A stretch of DNA of 64,000 bases, from NCBI GenBank assembly GCA_040776905.1, contig JAXGZQ010000001.1:1564400-1628399 (forward strand), given 5' to 3'. The notes under the pieces are model-generated. The model was not told the origin of the DNA. It saw nothing but the letters and a program-made list of their open reading frames with translations, and searched no databases. The first letter of the stretch is position 1, and each line of letters begins with the position of its first letter. This document shows, in pieces, positions 28,033 through 36,479 of this stretch. This DNA is from Clostridia bacterium. GTDB taxonomy: Bacteria; Bacillota; Clostridia; Saccharofermentanales; UBA5734. A program made the position numbers and the translations under genes.

Positions 28033-29103
28033 TCAGCGATAAGAGCCTAATTCGCGCACCAGTTCAATGATCTTGCGGAAATTATCGAAACTGACGGTAT
28101 TGGGAATGGAGTGGTCAGACGCGAAAATGTAGCCGCCGGATTCTTTCATGACCGGAATGACCCGTCTCATTTCAGCTTCGATTTTTTCCCGATCATCCCA
28201 GAGCACCGCGTTGATGCCGCCATGGAAAACCAGATCCCGGCCGTAGGCCTGCTTGAGCCCGACCGGATTCATCCCGGCCTTGACCTCCAGCGGATTGAGC
28301 GCATCGAGTCCGATCTCGATCAGTTCGGGCACAATGGGATTGATGTCGCCGCAGGAATGCAGGTGGGCCTTGATCCCGTGCGCATGGGCCCATTCGATCG
28401 CGCGCTTTTGAACAGGTTTCAGCAGTTCCCGGTACATATCCAGCGAGAAAAACTGATGCTGGCGGTAGCCCATGTCATCCGGCCAGGTGATACAGTCAAA
28501 GTGATAGCCGGCATCCCAGACCTGATCCAGCAGTGCCAGTCCGGTGTCCAGGTAATGATTAAACATGTCAACACACCATTCAGGTTCTTCAATCATCGCG
28601 ATCAACAGTGTTTCGGTTCCGGTCATCCAGGAATGCGTAACGTCAAAGCCGAACCAGAGTCCGCCCTGGATCCAGGCTCCCTGCTCACGCCATTTCCGGT
28701 AATTTTTCTGCAGTTCACGCCAGTTGATCCGGTCCGGCGAAGCGGTCATTCTGGCTTTCGCTTCTATCCAGGAGTCAGGCGTTGTGATCTTGAAATCAAG
28801 AAATTCCGGGGTGCTGTCCAGTGCCTTGAACTGGCGCAGTGTCACACCCCAGGGCGTCGTTTCAATGGTCCAGTCATCATTTTCCTCAAGGACCCTGACC
28901 GGGTAGCGTGGCGAATTGTCAACCGATATCTGAACAACATGGTCCAGATCGAAATAGTCAATATAACTCATTCCGGCCGGCAGACCTTCACGATGCCAGC
29001 GCTGGATCGTTCCGCGCCAGGGCTGATCGCTGATGGGGATTCTGTCGGCATCTTTGTGTGCGTAGATGCGGCTGAACCGTTCATGTGATGTCATGGGTTT
29101 CAT
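28033..29103 (-). CDS. uroporphyrinogen decarboxylase (URO-D) family protein, MtaA/CmuA-like
   Basis: MKPMTSHERFSRIYAHKDADRIPISD..., WPDDMGYRQHQFFS, HLHSCGDINPIVPELIEIGLDALNPLE and FASDHSIP are typical of the URO-D-like TIM-barrel family. Start moved to ATG 29103 (AGGAGG upstream). Confidence 0.8.
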   Translation of the reverse strand: MKPMTSHERFSRIYAHKDADRIPISDQPWRGTIQRWHREGLPAGMSYIDYFDLDHVVQISVDNSPRYPVRVLEENDDWTIETTPWGVTLRQFKALDSTPEFLDFKITTPDSWIEAKARMTASPDRINWRELQKNYRKWREQGAWIQGGLWFGFDVTHSWMTGTETLLIAMIEEPEWCVDMFNHYLDTGLALLDQVWDAGYHFDCITWPDDMGYRQHQFFSLDMYRELLKPVQKRAIEWAHAHGIKAHLHSCGDINPIVPELIEIGLDALNPLEVKAGMNPVGLKQAYGRDLVFHGGINAVLWDDREKIEAEMRRVIPVMKESGGYIFASDHSIPNTVSFDNFRKIIELVRELGSYR

Positions 29104-29221
29104 GGCTGGCCTCCTGAGGTGCCGTCTTCCGAAACGAGACAGCGTTATCGTTATGATCAGCATATCATAAACTGATTTCACTGATTGCTGCAATGATGGA
29201 TGATTCATTCATGGCTTGTTA

Positions 29222-29250
29222 TTGACATATGCCCATAACTGTTTTATACT
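29222..29250 (+). promoter_or_regulatory. sigma-70-type promoter for the DUF5320 bicistron
   Basis: Consensus -35 TTGACA (29222-29227), an exact 17-nt spacer, and -10 TATACT (29245-29250). Confidence 0.55.
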
Positions 29251-29312
29251 GATTATACGGTCCGGCACCAATCCGCCTGACCGAAATGAAAGAATGTGAG
29301 GAGATGAGCATC

Positions 29313-29507
29313 ATGCCGGGAAGAGATGGAACAGGACCAGCCGGCACTGGCTCGTTTGGCCCGGGTGGCGGACGTGGCCGGCTGGCCGCTGGCCGCGATG
29401 GTCATTGTGTTTGTCCGTCCTGTGGACATCGAAGTGTCCATCAAGTTGGCCAACCATGTACAGAACAGGTCTGCCCGAAATGCGGCAGCAGAATGATTCG
29501 TGAATGA
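29313..29507 (+). CDS. small protein: DUF5320-like N-terminal motif fused to a C-terminal zinc ribbon
   Basis: MPGRDGTGPAGTGSFGPGGGRG... carries the DUF5320 'GTGP' motif. It is followed by CVCPSCGH...CPKCGSRM (CxxC-x18-CxxC). Start set at ATG 29313 (GAGGAG 9 nt upstream); the ORF track starts at 29286. Confidence 0.65.
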   Translation: MPGRDGTGPAGTGSFGPGGGRGRLAAGRDGHCVCPSCGHRSVHQVGQPCTEQVCPKCGSRMIRE

Positions 29508-29537
29508 TGAAATGAAACAATAAAGGGAGATGAGTTT

Positions 29538-29852
29538 ATGCCAAGAGGAGATCGAACCGGCCCAATGGGTCAGGGCGCGATGAGTGGACGTGGAATGGGA
29601 TTCTGCGCCGGATATCCGAATCCCGGGTTTACCCGTGGTGGACGAATGGGCGGCTTTGGACGTGGAATGGGACGTGGTTTCGGCCGCGGCTGGTTTCGCG
29701 GCGGTTATGCCGCCGGCTGGCCGGCGTACGGCAATCCGCCCGTGGATGTCCCGGACATCAGTGAAAAGGAAGCGCTGAAGCAGCAATCCGATTATCTGAA
29801 ACAGCAGCTGAAGCAGATTGATGATCGACTGGATCAAATCAAAGAAGACTGA
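29538..29852 (+). CDS. DUF5320 domain-containing protein (RG/RGG-rich, C-terminal coiled coil)
   Basis: MPRGDRTGPMGQGAMSGRGMGFCAGY...GGFGRGMGRGFGRGWFRGG...SEKEALKQQSDYLKQQLKQIDDRLDQIKED matches the canonical DUF5320 layout as I remember it. AAGGGAGA lies 7 nt upstream. Confidence 0.75.
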   Translation: MPRGDRTGPMGQGAMSGRGMGFCAGYPNPGFTRGGRMGGFGRGMGRGFGRGWFRGGYAAGWPAYGNPPVDVPDISEKEALKQQSDYLKQQLKQIDDRLDQIKED

Positions 29853-29868
29853 TTGATCTCAACAAAAG

Positions 29869-29897
29869 GGAAGCCGGTTTGCCGGCTTCCTTTTTGT
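29869..29897 (+). terminator. intrinsic terminator after the DUF5320 pair
   Basis: GGAAGCCGG (29869-29877) / CCGGCTTCC (29882-29890) with loop TTTG, followed by TTTTTGTTTG. Confidence 0.75.
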
Positions 29898-29950
29898 TTG
29901 CCTCCAGCGCAGATTCATCTTATAATGGCGGAAAAACCGGAGGTGATCTG

Positions 29951-30325
29951 ATGTTGGAATATGAGATGCTGGACTGCAAGGTATGGGCTGTCATCGGCGC
30001 GAATGAGAACCCGAAAAAATACGGTAATATGATTTACCGCAAATTGAAGGCAAGGGGCTATAACGTCTACCCTGTCAATCCCCGGTATGAAACCGTCGAC
30101 GGGGATACCTGCTACGCGACGCTTTCTGATCTGCCGGAAGTACCGGATGTGATCAACATGGTAGTCGCTCCGGCGCGTGGAGCCGCGTTCCTGCGTGAAG
30201 CCGCGTCGCTGGGTATTCGCTATGTCTGGCTGCAGCCCGGCACCTATGATGATGACTTGCTGCAATTAATCGAGGAACTCGAACTGACCGCTGTTCAGGC
30301 TTGTGTGCTCGTCGCGACCCGCTGA
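29951..30325 (+). CDS. CoA-binding protein (YccU/YneT-like)
   Basis: WAVIGANENPKKYGNMIYRKLKARGYNVYPVNP...DVINMVVAPARG...YVWLQPG is the CoA-binding Rossmann pattern. Start set at ATG 29951 (GGAGGTG upstream); the longer ORF-track start (29879) lies inside the upstream terminator. Confidence 0.8.
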   Translation: MLEYEMLDCKVWAVIGANENPKKYGNMIYRKLKARGYNVYPVNPRYETVDGDTCYATLSDLPEVPDVINMVVAPARGAAFLREAASLGIRYVWLQPGTYDDDLLQLIEELELTAVQACVLVATR

Positions 30326-30345
30326 GCAGAAAGCATCACAAATAT

Positions 30346-30386
30346 AAGGCGGCGCCTGCCCTGATCAGCAGCGCGCCGCCTTTTTC
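30346..30386. terminator. bidirectional terminator between the CoA-binding gene (+) and the SDR-like gene (-)
   Basis: AAGGCGGCGC (30346-30355) / GCGCCGCCTT (30373-30382), followed by TTTTC. The loop is 17 nt and contains the palindrome CTGATCAG. Confidence 0.55.
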
Positions 30387-30416
30387 ATGTCTGGAATAGT
30401 CCGTGTGCCGGCTCAG

Positions 30417-31046
30417 CTACCACGCGACTTCGCGGGCATGAGCGTCAAACATCGCCAGGCGATATTCACCGGCGCGTTCGCTTCCGGCCTGCTCAAAGCA
30501 GCGGGGCCGCGTCATGAATTCACCGGCATAGTCCAGTCCCTCATCACGGCAGTACAGCCTGAAGCTGAAGCCCTGTGGCCTCAGCTGATGGAACAACAGC
30601 GACATCAGGCGGTTGGTGGCAGCTGCCGCCACACAGAAGCCGGCCCGGTCAGTTCGCTGATTGGCGCCGACACTGCTGTCAGAAGACGTCAGCAAAGCGA
30701 TCTGGCGTGTGGCTGCCGCGCGAAGCAGCGGTAGCAGGGCGTTGAAGATACGGATTGTACCCAGGGCGATCGTGTTATAATCTTCCTGCAGCCGGGCAAA
30801 ATCATCCGCGTTGACCGCGACTCCGGGACAGTGGAGAGGCCGTCCGGCAATGTCGATCACCAGCCGGTCGATCGCTGCGGTCTTCGCCTTGACGACATCA
30901 CGAATCCGGCCAATCTGATCATCACGGGTCAGATCCAGTTCCATACCGTCAAAGAAGAAAACCTGATCGCCACGGTTCTTGAAATAATCGATCAGTGCTG
31001 CATAGGTGCTTTCTTCATAACCGATCAGGACAATTTTCTCTTTCAT
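30417..31046 (-). CDS. SDR-fold paralogue lacking the cofactor and catalytic motifs (probable pseudo-enzyme)
   Basis: Colinear with the upstream SDR, but TGxxxGxG is replaced by IGYEESTY and the YxxxK position reads FCVAAAAT. Start set at ATG 31046 (GGAGG upstream), 16 nt after the SDR stop. Confidence 0.7.
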   Translation of the reverse strand: MKEKIVLIGYEESTYAALIDYFKNRGDQVFFFDGMELDLTRDDQIGRIRDVVKAKTAAIDRLVIDIAGRPLHCPGVAVNADDFARLQEDYNTIALGTIRIFNALLPLLRAAATRQIALLTSSDSSVGANQRTDRAGFCVAAAATNRLMSLLFHQLRPQGFSFRLYCRDEGLDYAGEFMTRPRCFEQAGSERAGEYRLAMFDAHAREVAW

Positions 31047-31062
31047 CTGATAGCGCCTCCGA

Positions 31063-31773
31063 TCAAAATGGCCAGGCCTGGCCTTCATTGTCAAGCAGAG
31101 CCAGACCCCGCTCCCATGGCTTTTCTTCAGTGAACAGCCTGACGGCTGCTTCCGCGGAGCTTTCCGGCGGAACCGTGGCCTTCATGTTCTTTTTCCCGGA
31201 CATATAGCTCTGCAGCCAGCCGGGATGGTAGAGCCGAAAACGGAATCCCTGGCCATCCAGCTCGTTATAAAGCTGGCGGACGCCCATATTCAGCGCCGTT
31301 TTCGACATGCAGTAGCCGGAGAACGCGTCGCGATTGCACATGGCGATGCTGCCGGCTTCAGACGATACAAAGCAGATACGGCGGTCACCGGCCTGCAGCA
31401 GCGGCAGAAAGGCTCTGGCCACGCGCAGCGGACCGACACTGTTGACATTCATCGCGGCGAGGGAGCCTTCAAGATGAATGTCTCCGTCAAGATCGCCTTC
31501 GCCGCGCGCTCCGATTCCAGCGTTATTGATCAGCATGTCCACATGGTCTGTCCGCGTTGAGACTGTGGCAGCTGCCTGGATGACGGATTCATCAGAACCG
31601 GCGTCGAGCGAAACCAGATGAAGCCGTTCGGGAAATCGGGTTCTGAGCGATTCAAGATCGGGCCATTCAGGCATGAACTGGCCGGCAAACACCTGCCAGC
31701 CGAGTTGCAGCAGACGATCGCATAACGCCAGCCCGAGACCGCGATCAGCGCCTGTAACGACAGCATTTTTCAT
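31063..31773 (-). CDS. SDR family oxidoreductase
   Basis: AVVTGADRGLGLAL, NNAGI, SSEAGS, and YCMSKTAL (YxxxK). Start set at ATG 31773 (GGAGG upstream). Confidence 0.85.
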   Translation of the reverse strand: MKNAVVTGADRGLGLALCDRLLQLGWQVFAGQFMPEWPDLESLRTRFPERLHLVSLDAGSDESVIQAAATVSTRTDHVDMLINNAGIGARGEGDLDGDIHLEGSLAAMNVNSVGPLRVARAFLPLLQAGDRRICFVSSEAGSIAMCNRDAFSGYCMSKTALNMGVRQLYNELDGQGFRFRLYHPGWLQSYMSGKKNMKATVPPESSAEAAVRLFTEEKPWERGLALLDNEGQAWPF

Positions 31774-31879
31774 GTCATCAACCTCCAGATGATTCATAGT
31801 CTGACTATAAGCATATCGATCCGCTTCCTATCAGGCAAGTTGATTCAACCAGATATTTACCGGAATTACCCTAAAGATC

Positions 31880-31907
31880 TTGGACGTTTTTCATTTGATG
31901 GTACAAT
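31880..31907 (+). promoter_or_regulatory. candidate promoter of the uxuA-like/DUF362/ADH operon
   Basis: -35 TTGGAC (31880-31885), a 16-nt spacer, and -10 TACAAT (31902-31907). Confidence 0.4.
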
Positions 31908-31943
31908 GGAACATGAGGCCAAAAATATTCTGGAGGTAGCATC

Positions 31944-32924
31944 ATGATTAAAATCGCAGAAGTTTTCCCGCCAAGACGCACCATACTCTGGGATCTGGTA
32001 AAACAGGTCGGCATTGAGCATGTGGTCGGCGGCATGGATCTGAGCCGGGCGCATATGAAAGGCGACCAGGCTCCCTGGAGTTATCTGTCACTGCTGGAAA
32101 TGAAGAACGCCTATGAGAATGGCGGCTTCAAGCTTGAAGTCATCGAGAGCCGTCCGCCTTTGAACAAAGCGAAACTGGGTCTTCCGGGACGTGACGAAGA
32201 AATCGAGAATGCCTGTGAGCTGATCCGCAATATGGGCAAGCTGAACATTCCGGTCTGGTGTTACGAATGGATGCCGGTACTGAACTGGACCCGTACATCA
32301 TCGACGATTCCCGGTCGTGGCGGCGCTCTGGTCACCGGTTATGATCATGAACAGATGCAGAAAGCCCCTCTGACTGAATATGGTGAAGTCAGTGAAGAGA
32401 CCCTGTGGGACAGCCTGCAGTATTTTCTTGACAAAGTCGTTCCGGTGGCGGAAAAAGCCGGCGTTAAACTGGCGATGCATCCGGATGATCCGCCGATTTC
32501 ACCGATGCGCGGTATGGGACGGATCATGAGCAGCATTGAAAATTACCAGCGTCTGCTCGACATGTATCCCAGCCCGGTCAATGGCATCGCGCTGTGCATG
32601 GGCAACTTTACCCTGATGACTGACGATCTGCCGGGCGTCATCCGCCATTTCGGAAAACAGGAAAAAATCTTCTTTGTTCATTTCCGTGATGTCAAAGGGG
32701 ACAAGTATAATTTTCAGGAAGCATTTCATGATGAAGGCAAGACCGATATGCTGGCCTGCATGGAAGCGTATCGTGACATCGGGTATGAAGGGGTCTGCCG
32801 TCCGGACCATGTTCCGACGATGGCGGGCGACAGCAATGACAATCCTTCTTATTCCAATATCGGCCGCCTGTTCGCGATCGGCTATCTGAAAGGGCTGCGT
32901 GAGGCGGTTTATCGCCAGCGCTGA
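31944..32924 (+). CDS. mannonate dehydratase (UxuA) family protein, short form
   Basis: 326 aa. The xylose-isomerase-like TIM barrel has UxuA-type blocks: [48 protein letters not shown] and RPDH. Confidence 0.7.
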   Translation: MIKIAEVFPPRRTILWDLVKQVGIEHVVGGMDLSRAHMKGDQAPWSYLSLLEMKNAYENGGFKLEVIESRPPLNKAKLGLPGRDEEIENACELIRNMGKLNIPVWCYEWMPVLNWTRTSSTIPGRGGALVTGYDHEQMQKAPLTEYGEVSEETLWDSLQYFLDKVVPVAEKAGVKLAMHPDDPPISPMRGMGRIMSSIENYQRLLDMYPSPVNGIALCMGNFTLMTDDLPGVIRHFGKQEKIFFVHFRDVKGDKYNFQEAFHDEGKTDMLACMEAYRDIGYEGVCRPDHVPTMAGDSNDNPSYSNIGRLFAIGYLKGLREAVYRQR

Positions 32925-32938
32925 GGAGGAGTCCGCTG

Positions 32939-34159
32939 ATGAAGCAAAAAGACTATAAAGTCAATGTTGTCCGCTGCGATCACCGCAGCAGCCAGGCTGA
33001 AATTGATTCCGCGCTGCGTGATGTGACCGCTTCGCTGGATCGTTCCTGGGAACAACTGAAAAAAGCAAAGAAAATCGTCATTAAATTCAACGCGGTCTGG
33101 CCGCCGGAGCGGCTGGCCTTCTTTGAGGATACGTATCGTGAGCTGGTTGATCCCCGGGTCATGCTCGGCGTGCTTCGTCTGCTCAAGGAAAAAACGACCG
33201 CCAGACTATCGGTGGTCGACACCACACTGACCGGTGATGAAGTCGATGTCTATTTCAAGCCGATGCTGGAAGAGATGGGCGTGGAATTTGTCAACGGCAG
33301 CAATCAGCCGGTTCAGTGGTATGAGATCAAGGAAGGCGGCCTGATGTTCAACCGCTATCTTCTTTCCTCTCATTTCGCGGATGCCGACGCGGTGGTCTCA
33401 GTGGCAAAAATGAAATCGCATAAATCAACCGGGATTACCCTGTGTACCAAAAATTTCTTTGGTGTCAGCCCGCTGCCGCCGGCCGGACGGCCCCGTTCCT
33501 ATTTTCATCACATGGTCCGGCTGCCCTACTGTATGGTGGACTTCGCGATGATCCTCAAGCCCTGCCTCAATATTGTCGAAGGCCTGACATCACAGACCGG
33601 CAATGAGTGGGGCGGCGAGGGTGTGGTCACCGACCTGCTGATGGCCGGTGATCACGTGACCGCGACGGATGCCTGTGGTGCCCGGCTGATGAACAATGAT
33701 CCGGAAATCGACTGGCCGACACCGCCGTTCCGCCGTGAGCGCAATACCGTGTTTCTGGCGGCAAACAAAGGTTTCGGCACGCTCGACATGGACAAAATTG
33801 ATTTCACCAGCGACGTCAGTGTTCCCGCGGTGACGGCCGGTGTCTTCAATTCGATCGAGACGGATTCGCCTGAAACCATTTTCAGCTGGCGAAAAACCGC
33901 GTCTGAACAGGCACTGTTCTACCGCGATCATCGGGATCAGCTGATCGATCAGTATGAGAACGAGTATATTTTCCTGCAGCGCGGCGAAGTGGTCTGGCAC
34001 GGTAATGACCTGTCACTGCTGCGCAGCCGCCGCGAACTCAGCGGACGGTACAAGACGGAGTCTCTGTTCCTCAAGTTCGTTGATCGTGAAGAGACCGAGC
34101 AGGAAAATTATTCGGTATACGAAAAAGAACTGGACGCGATGACCGCGATGGAGGGCTGA
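32939..34159 (+). CDS. DUF362 domain-containing protein with a ~100-aa C-terminal extension
   Basis: KKIVIKFNAVWP... and VAKMKSHKSTGITLCTKNFFGV fit the DUF362 signature as I recall it. No ferredoxin Cys motifs are present. GAGGAGGAG lies upstream. Confidence 0.7.
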   Translation: MKQKDYKVNVVRCDHRSSQAEIDSALRDVTASLDRSWEQLKKAKKIVIKFNAVWPPERLAFFEDTYRELVDPRVMLGVLRLLKEKTTARLSVVDTTLTGDEVDVYFKPMLEEMGVEFVNGSNQPVQWYEIKEGGLMFNRYLLSSHFADADAVVSVAKMKSHKSTGITLCTKNFFGVSPLPPAGRPRSYFHHMVRLPYCMVDFAMILKPCLNIVEGLTSQTGNEWGGEGVVTDLLMAGDHVTATDACGARLMNNDPEIDWPTPPFRRERNTVFLAANKGFGTLDMDKIDFTSDVSVPAVTAGVFNSIETDSPETIFSWRKTASEQALFYRDHRDQLIDQYENEYIFLQRGEVVWHGNDLSLLRSRRELSGRYKTESLFLKFVDREETEQENYSVYEKELDAMTAMEG

Positions 34160-34201
34160 ATCAGTCTGTCACGCCGTTGACGGCCATAATCGAGGTGAAT
34201 C

Positions 34202-35272
34202 ATGCAAATTCCTGAAACGATGAAAGCGTTAACTGTCCGCCCCGGCCCTGTTTATCAGCTTGAACGCATCCCGACACCCCGTGCCGGTGAGGGCGAGGTC
34301 CTGATTAAGGTTGAGGCCTGCGGAATCTGCGCGGGTGACGTCAAAGCCCGCCAGAAAGCCGGACAGATGTGGGATCGGCCCGATAATCCGGACCATTCGA
34401 TTCCGGGACATGAGTTTTTCGGAACCGTTGTGGAAATCGGTGAGGGAATAACCGCTGTTTCGATTGGCGACCGGGTGATATCGGAGCAGATTGTTCCCTG
34501 CTGGAACTGTCGTTTCTGCAAAACAGGCCATTACTGGATGTGCAGGGAAAGCAATATCTATGGGTTTCGCGGCAATCCCGATGGCGGTATGGCTGAGTAC
34601 ATGATTTTCCCGGCCGGCGCGATTATTCATAAACTGCCGGCCGGCATGCCGATGGAACAGGCTGTGCTGATTGAACCTTATGCCTGTGGCAAGCATTGTG
34701 TCGACCGCAGCAAGGCCGGAAACGAAGATGTTGTGGTACTCTCCGGTGCCGGATGCCTCGGTCTCGGTATGCTGGGCGCACTCAAACTGCGCCAACCGAA
34801 GCAGATCATTGTCCTCGATGTCCGTGACGATCGGTTGGCCAAGGCTAAGGCATTCGGGGCTGATCTGACGATGAACCCGGCCAAAGAACCGGTGGCGGAT
34901 CAGGTGAGAGCACTGACGGATGGATTGGGCTGCGACATCTACATTGAAGCGACCGGCTACCCGCAGAGCGTCGAGCAGGGACTCGATATGATCCGTTCGC
35001 TGGGGACCTTTGTCGAGTTCGGCGTGTTCAATGATAAGGTGACCACTGACTGGACGGTCATCGGCGACCGCAAGGAACTGAACGTTCTGGGATCCCATCT
35101 GGGTCCGTACTGCTATGAACCGGTCATCGAATGGCTGGCAAGCGGCAAGCTGCCGAGTGATGGTGTTGTGACGCACCAGTTCCCGCTGGAACGCTGGGAA
35201 GAGGCCTTTGCCACCGCGCAGAGCGATCCGCAGGCGATCAAAGTGGTTCTGGTTCCAGGCCTGCAGGTGTGA
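34202..35272 (+). CDS. zinc-dependent alcohol/polyol dehydrogenase (MDR family, sorbitol/threonine DH-like)
   Basis: Catalytic Zn motif CGICAGD...GHEFFG, structural Zn Cys cluster CWNCRFCKTGHYWMC, and Rossmann motif VLSGAGCLGLG. Confidence 0.9.
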   Translation: MQIPETMKALTVRPGPVYQLERIPTPRAGEGEVLIKVEACGICAGDVKARQKAGQMWDRPDNPDHSIPGHEFFGTVVEIGEGITAVSIGDRVISEQIVPCWNCRFCKTGHYWMCRESNIYGFRGNPDGGMAEYMIFPAGAIIHKLPAGMPMEQAVLIEPYACGKHCVDRSKAGNEDVVVLSGAGCLGLGMLGALKLRQPKQIIVLDVRDDRLAKAKAFGADLTMNPAKEPVADQVRALTDGLGCDIYIEATGYPQSVEQGLDMIRSLGTFVEFGVFNDKVTTDWTVIGDRKELNVLGSHLGPYCYEPVIEWLASGKLPSDGVVTHQFPLERWEEAFATAQSDPQAIKVVLVPGLQV

Positions 35273-35299
35273 TGCCTTGACTTATCCGAAAGAAAGAAA

Positions 35300-35330
35300 G
35301 AGGATCCGGTCTTGACCGGGTCCTCCTTTT
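35300..35330. terminator. bidirectional terminator between the ADH gene (+) and the AKR gene (-)
   Basis: GAGGATCCGG (35300-35309) / CCGGGTCCTC (35316-35325), 10 bp with one G-U pair. TTTT follows on the plus strand and TTTCTTTCTTTC on the minus strand. Confidence 0.6.
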
Positions 35331-35352
35331 CAAGATCAGCGCCGCATCGGGC

Positions 35353-36294
35353 TTACTGCCCTGAGACAGTATCAACTGCGGCAAAAATCTGAATCAGCCG
35401 GTTTCTTACATCCGCCGGCAGCGGACCCATCTGGATGTCACGAATATTCTGATGCAGATGATCCGGGTCGCCGGTCCCGCTGAGAATGACATGCAGGTTC
35501 GGTTCAGATACGCAGAAGCGGTATGCCAGTTCAGTGAGAGAAGAACAGTCGGCAGCTTCCATCAAGTCAGACAGAGGCTGTTCGGCATCGGCGACTGAGG
35601 CTTCGATCAAGCCGTCCTCCTTCAGTGACTGCAGCATCGGACGAAGCTGTTCAAAGCTGATCAACGCGCGTCGAACCGCGAACATATCGAGTGTTCCGAT
35701 ATCATGCTCAGCAGCCGGCTGCAGAACCCGCTGCCGTGCCGACTGATTGAGCAGGTTGAATCCGACCATCATCACATCCCAGAACTCATCGCGCGCAGCC
35801 CGGCCCAGAGCCGCATGCCCGGCATCTGACGCGAACCCTTCCGTGATGCCGGTAAAGCGGATTTTTCCCTGTTCTTTCAGTTTGATCAGGGCCGGAACCA
35901 ACTCGCTGACAACATAGTCATAGTCTTCAATCTTGACCGCGTGCAGGTGATAGATGTCAACAAAGTCTGTCTTCAGGCGGACCAGGCTGTCTTCGAGACT
36001 TTGCATGAGGTCCGCGCCGCTCTTGTGCCGATCATTGAGATAGACCCCGCCTTTGGTCGACAGGATGTACTGATCCCGACTGATACCGGACAGGGCCTGA
36101 CCGACCAGAGCCTCCGTCCCATACAGTTCTGAACTGTCAACCAGATTGATACCGTTATCGATGGCCTGGCGGACGATATTGACGCTGTCGGTCTCTGTTT
36201 TGCCGGTTCCCTGGCCGATTCGGCTGAATCCACCGGTTCCCAGGGCGATGACGCTGGAGCGAAGTCCGGTCCTGCCAAGTGTGCGATATAACAT
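35353..36294 (-). CDS. aldo/keto reductase
   Basis: MLYRTLGRTGLRSSVIALGTGGF..., NLVDSSELYG, and the typical AKR length. Start set at ATG 36294 (AGGAGG upstream). Confidence 0.85.
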   Translation of the reverse strand: MLYRTLGRTGLRSSVIALGTGGFSRIGQGTGKTETDSVNIVRQAIDNGINLVDSSELYGTEALVGQALSGISRDQYILSTKGGVYLNDRHKSGADLMQSLEDSLVRLKTDFVDIYHLHAVKIEDYDYVVSELVPALIKLKEQGKIRFTGITEGFASDAGHAALGRAARDEFWDVMMVGFNLLNQSARQRVLQPAAEHDIGTLDMFAVRRALISFEQLRPMLQSLKEDGLIEASVADAEQPLSDLMEAADCSSLTELAYRFCVSEPNLHVILSGTGDPDHLHQNIRDIQMGPLPADVRNRLIQIFAAVDTVSGQ

Positions 36295-36406
36295 AGGCTG
36301 CCTCCTGAGGATGTTTCTATATAACGACATAATAACATAGATAATATCATCGATGCGAATCAATCAGACTGGTCAGCATGCCGGCGAAGGCCGCCGGTCC
36401 TGTTGG

Positions 36407-36436
36407 TTGCATGTCGGTGCCGACTCATGCTAAAAT
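36407..36436 (+). promoter_or_regulatory. promoter of the ABC-F leader region (extended -10)
   Basis: -35 TTGCAT (36407-36412), an 18-nt spacer, and TGC-TAAAAT (36428-36436). Confidence 0.5.
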
Positions 36437-36479
36437 CTGACTGGAATCAAACAGATCTCACACAAGAAAGGGAAGCGCA

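Noticed and set aside
28111-29088. 325-aa plus-strand ORF opposite the URO-D-like gene. Similar long antisense ORFs occur at 34229-35176, 41576-42478, 43716-44801, 44844-45656, 54468-55445, 25634-26494, 60857-61603 and 20155-20916.
   Set aside because: Each is fully contained antisense to a gene with clear family signatures. They have no SD sites and biased Arg/Gly/Pro/His composition, so I treat them as shadow ORFs caused by high GC.
29879-29950. The long form of the CoA-binding protein ORF, starting at 29879.
   Set aside because: That start lies inside the terminator hairpin of the upstream DUF5320 operon. ATG 29951 has a GGAGGTG SD and gives the normal family N-terminus.
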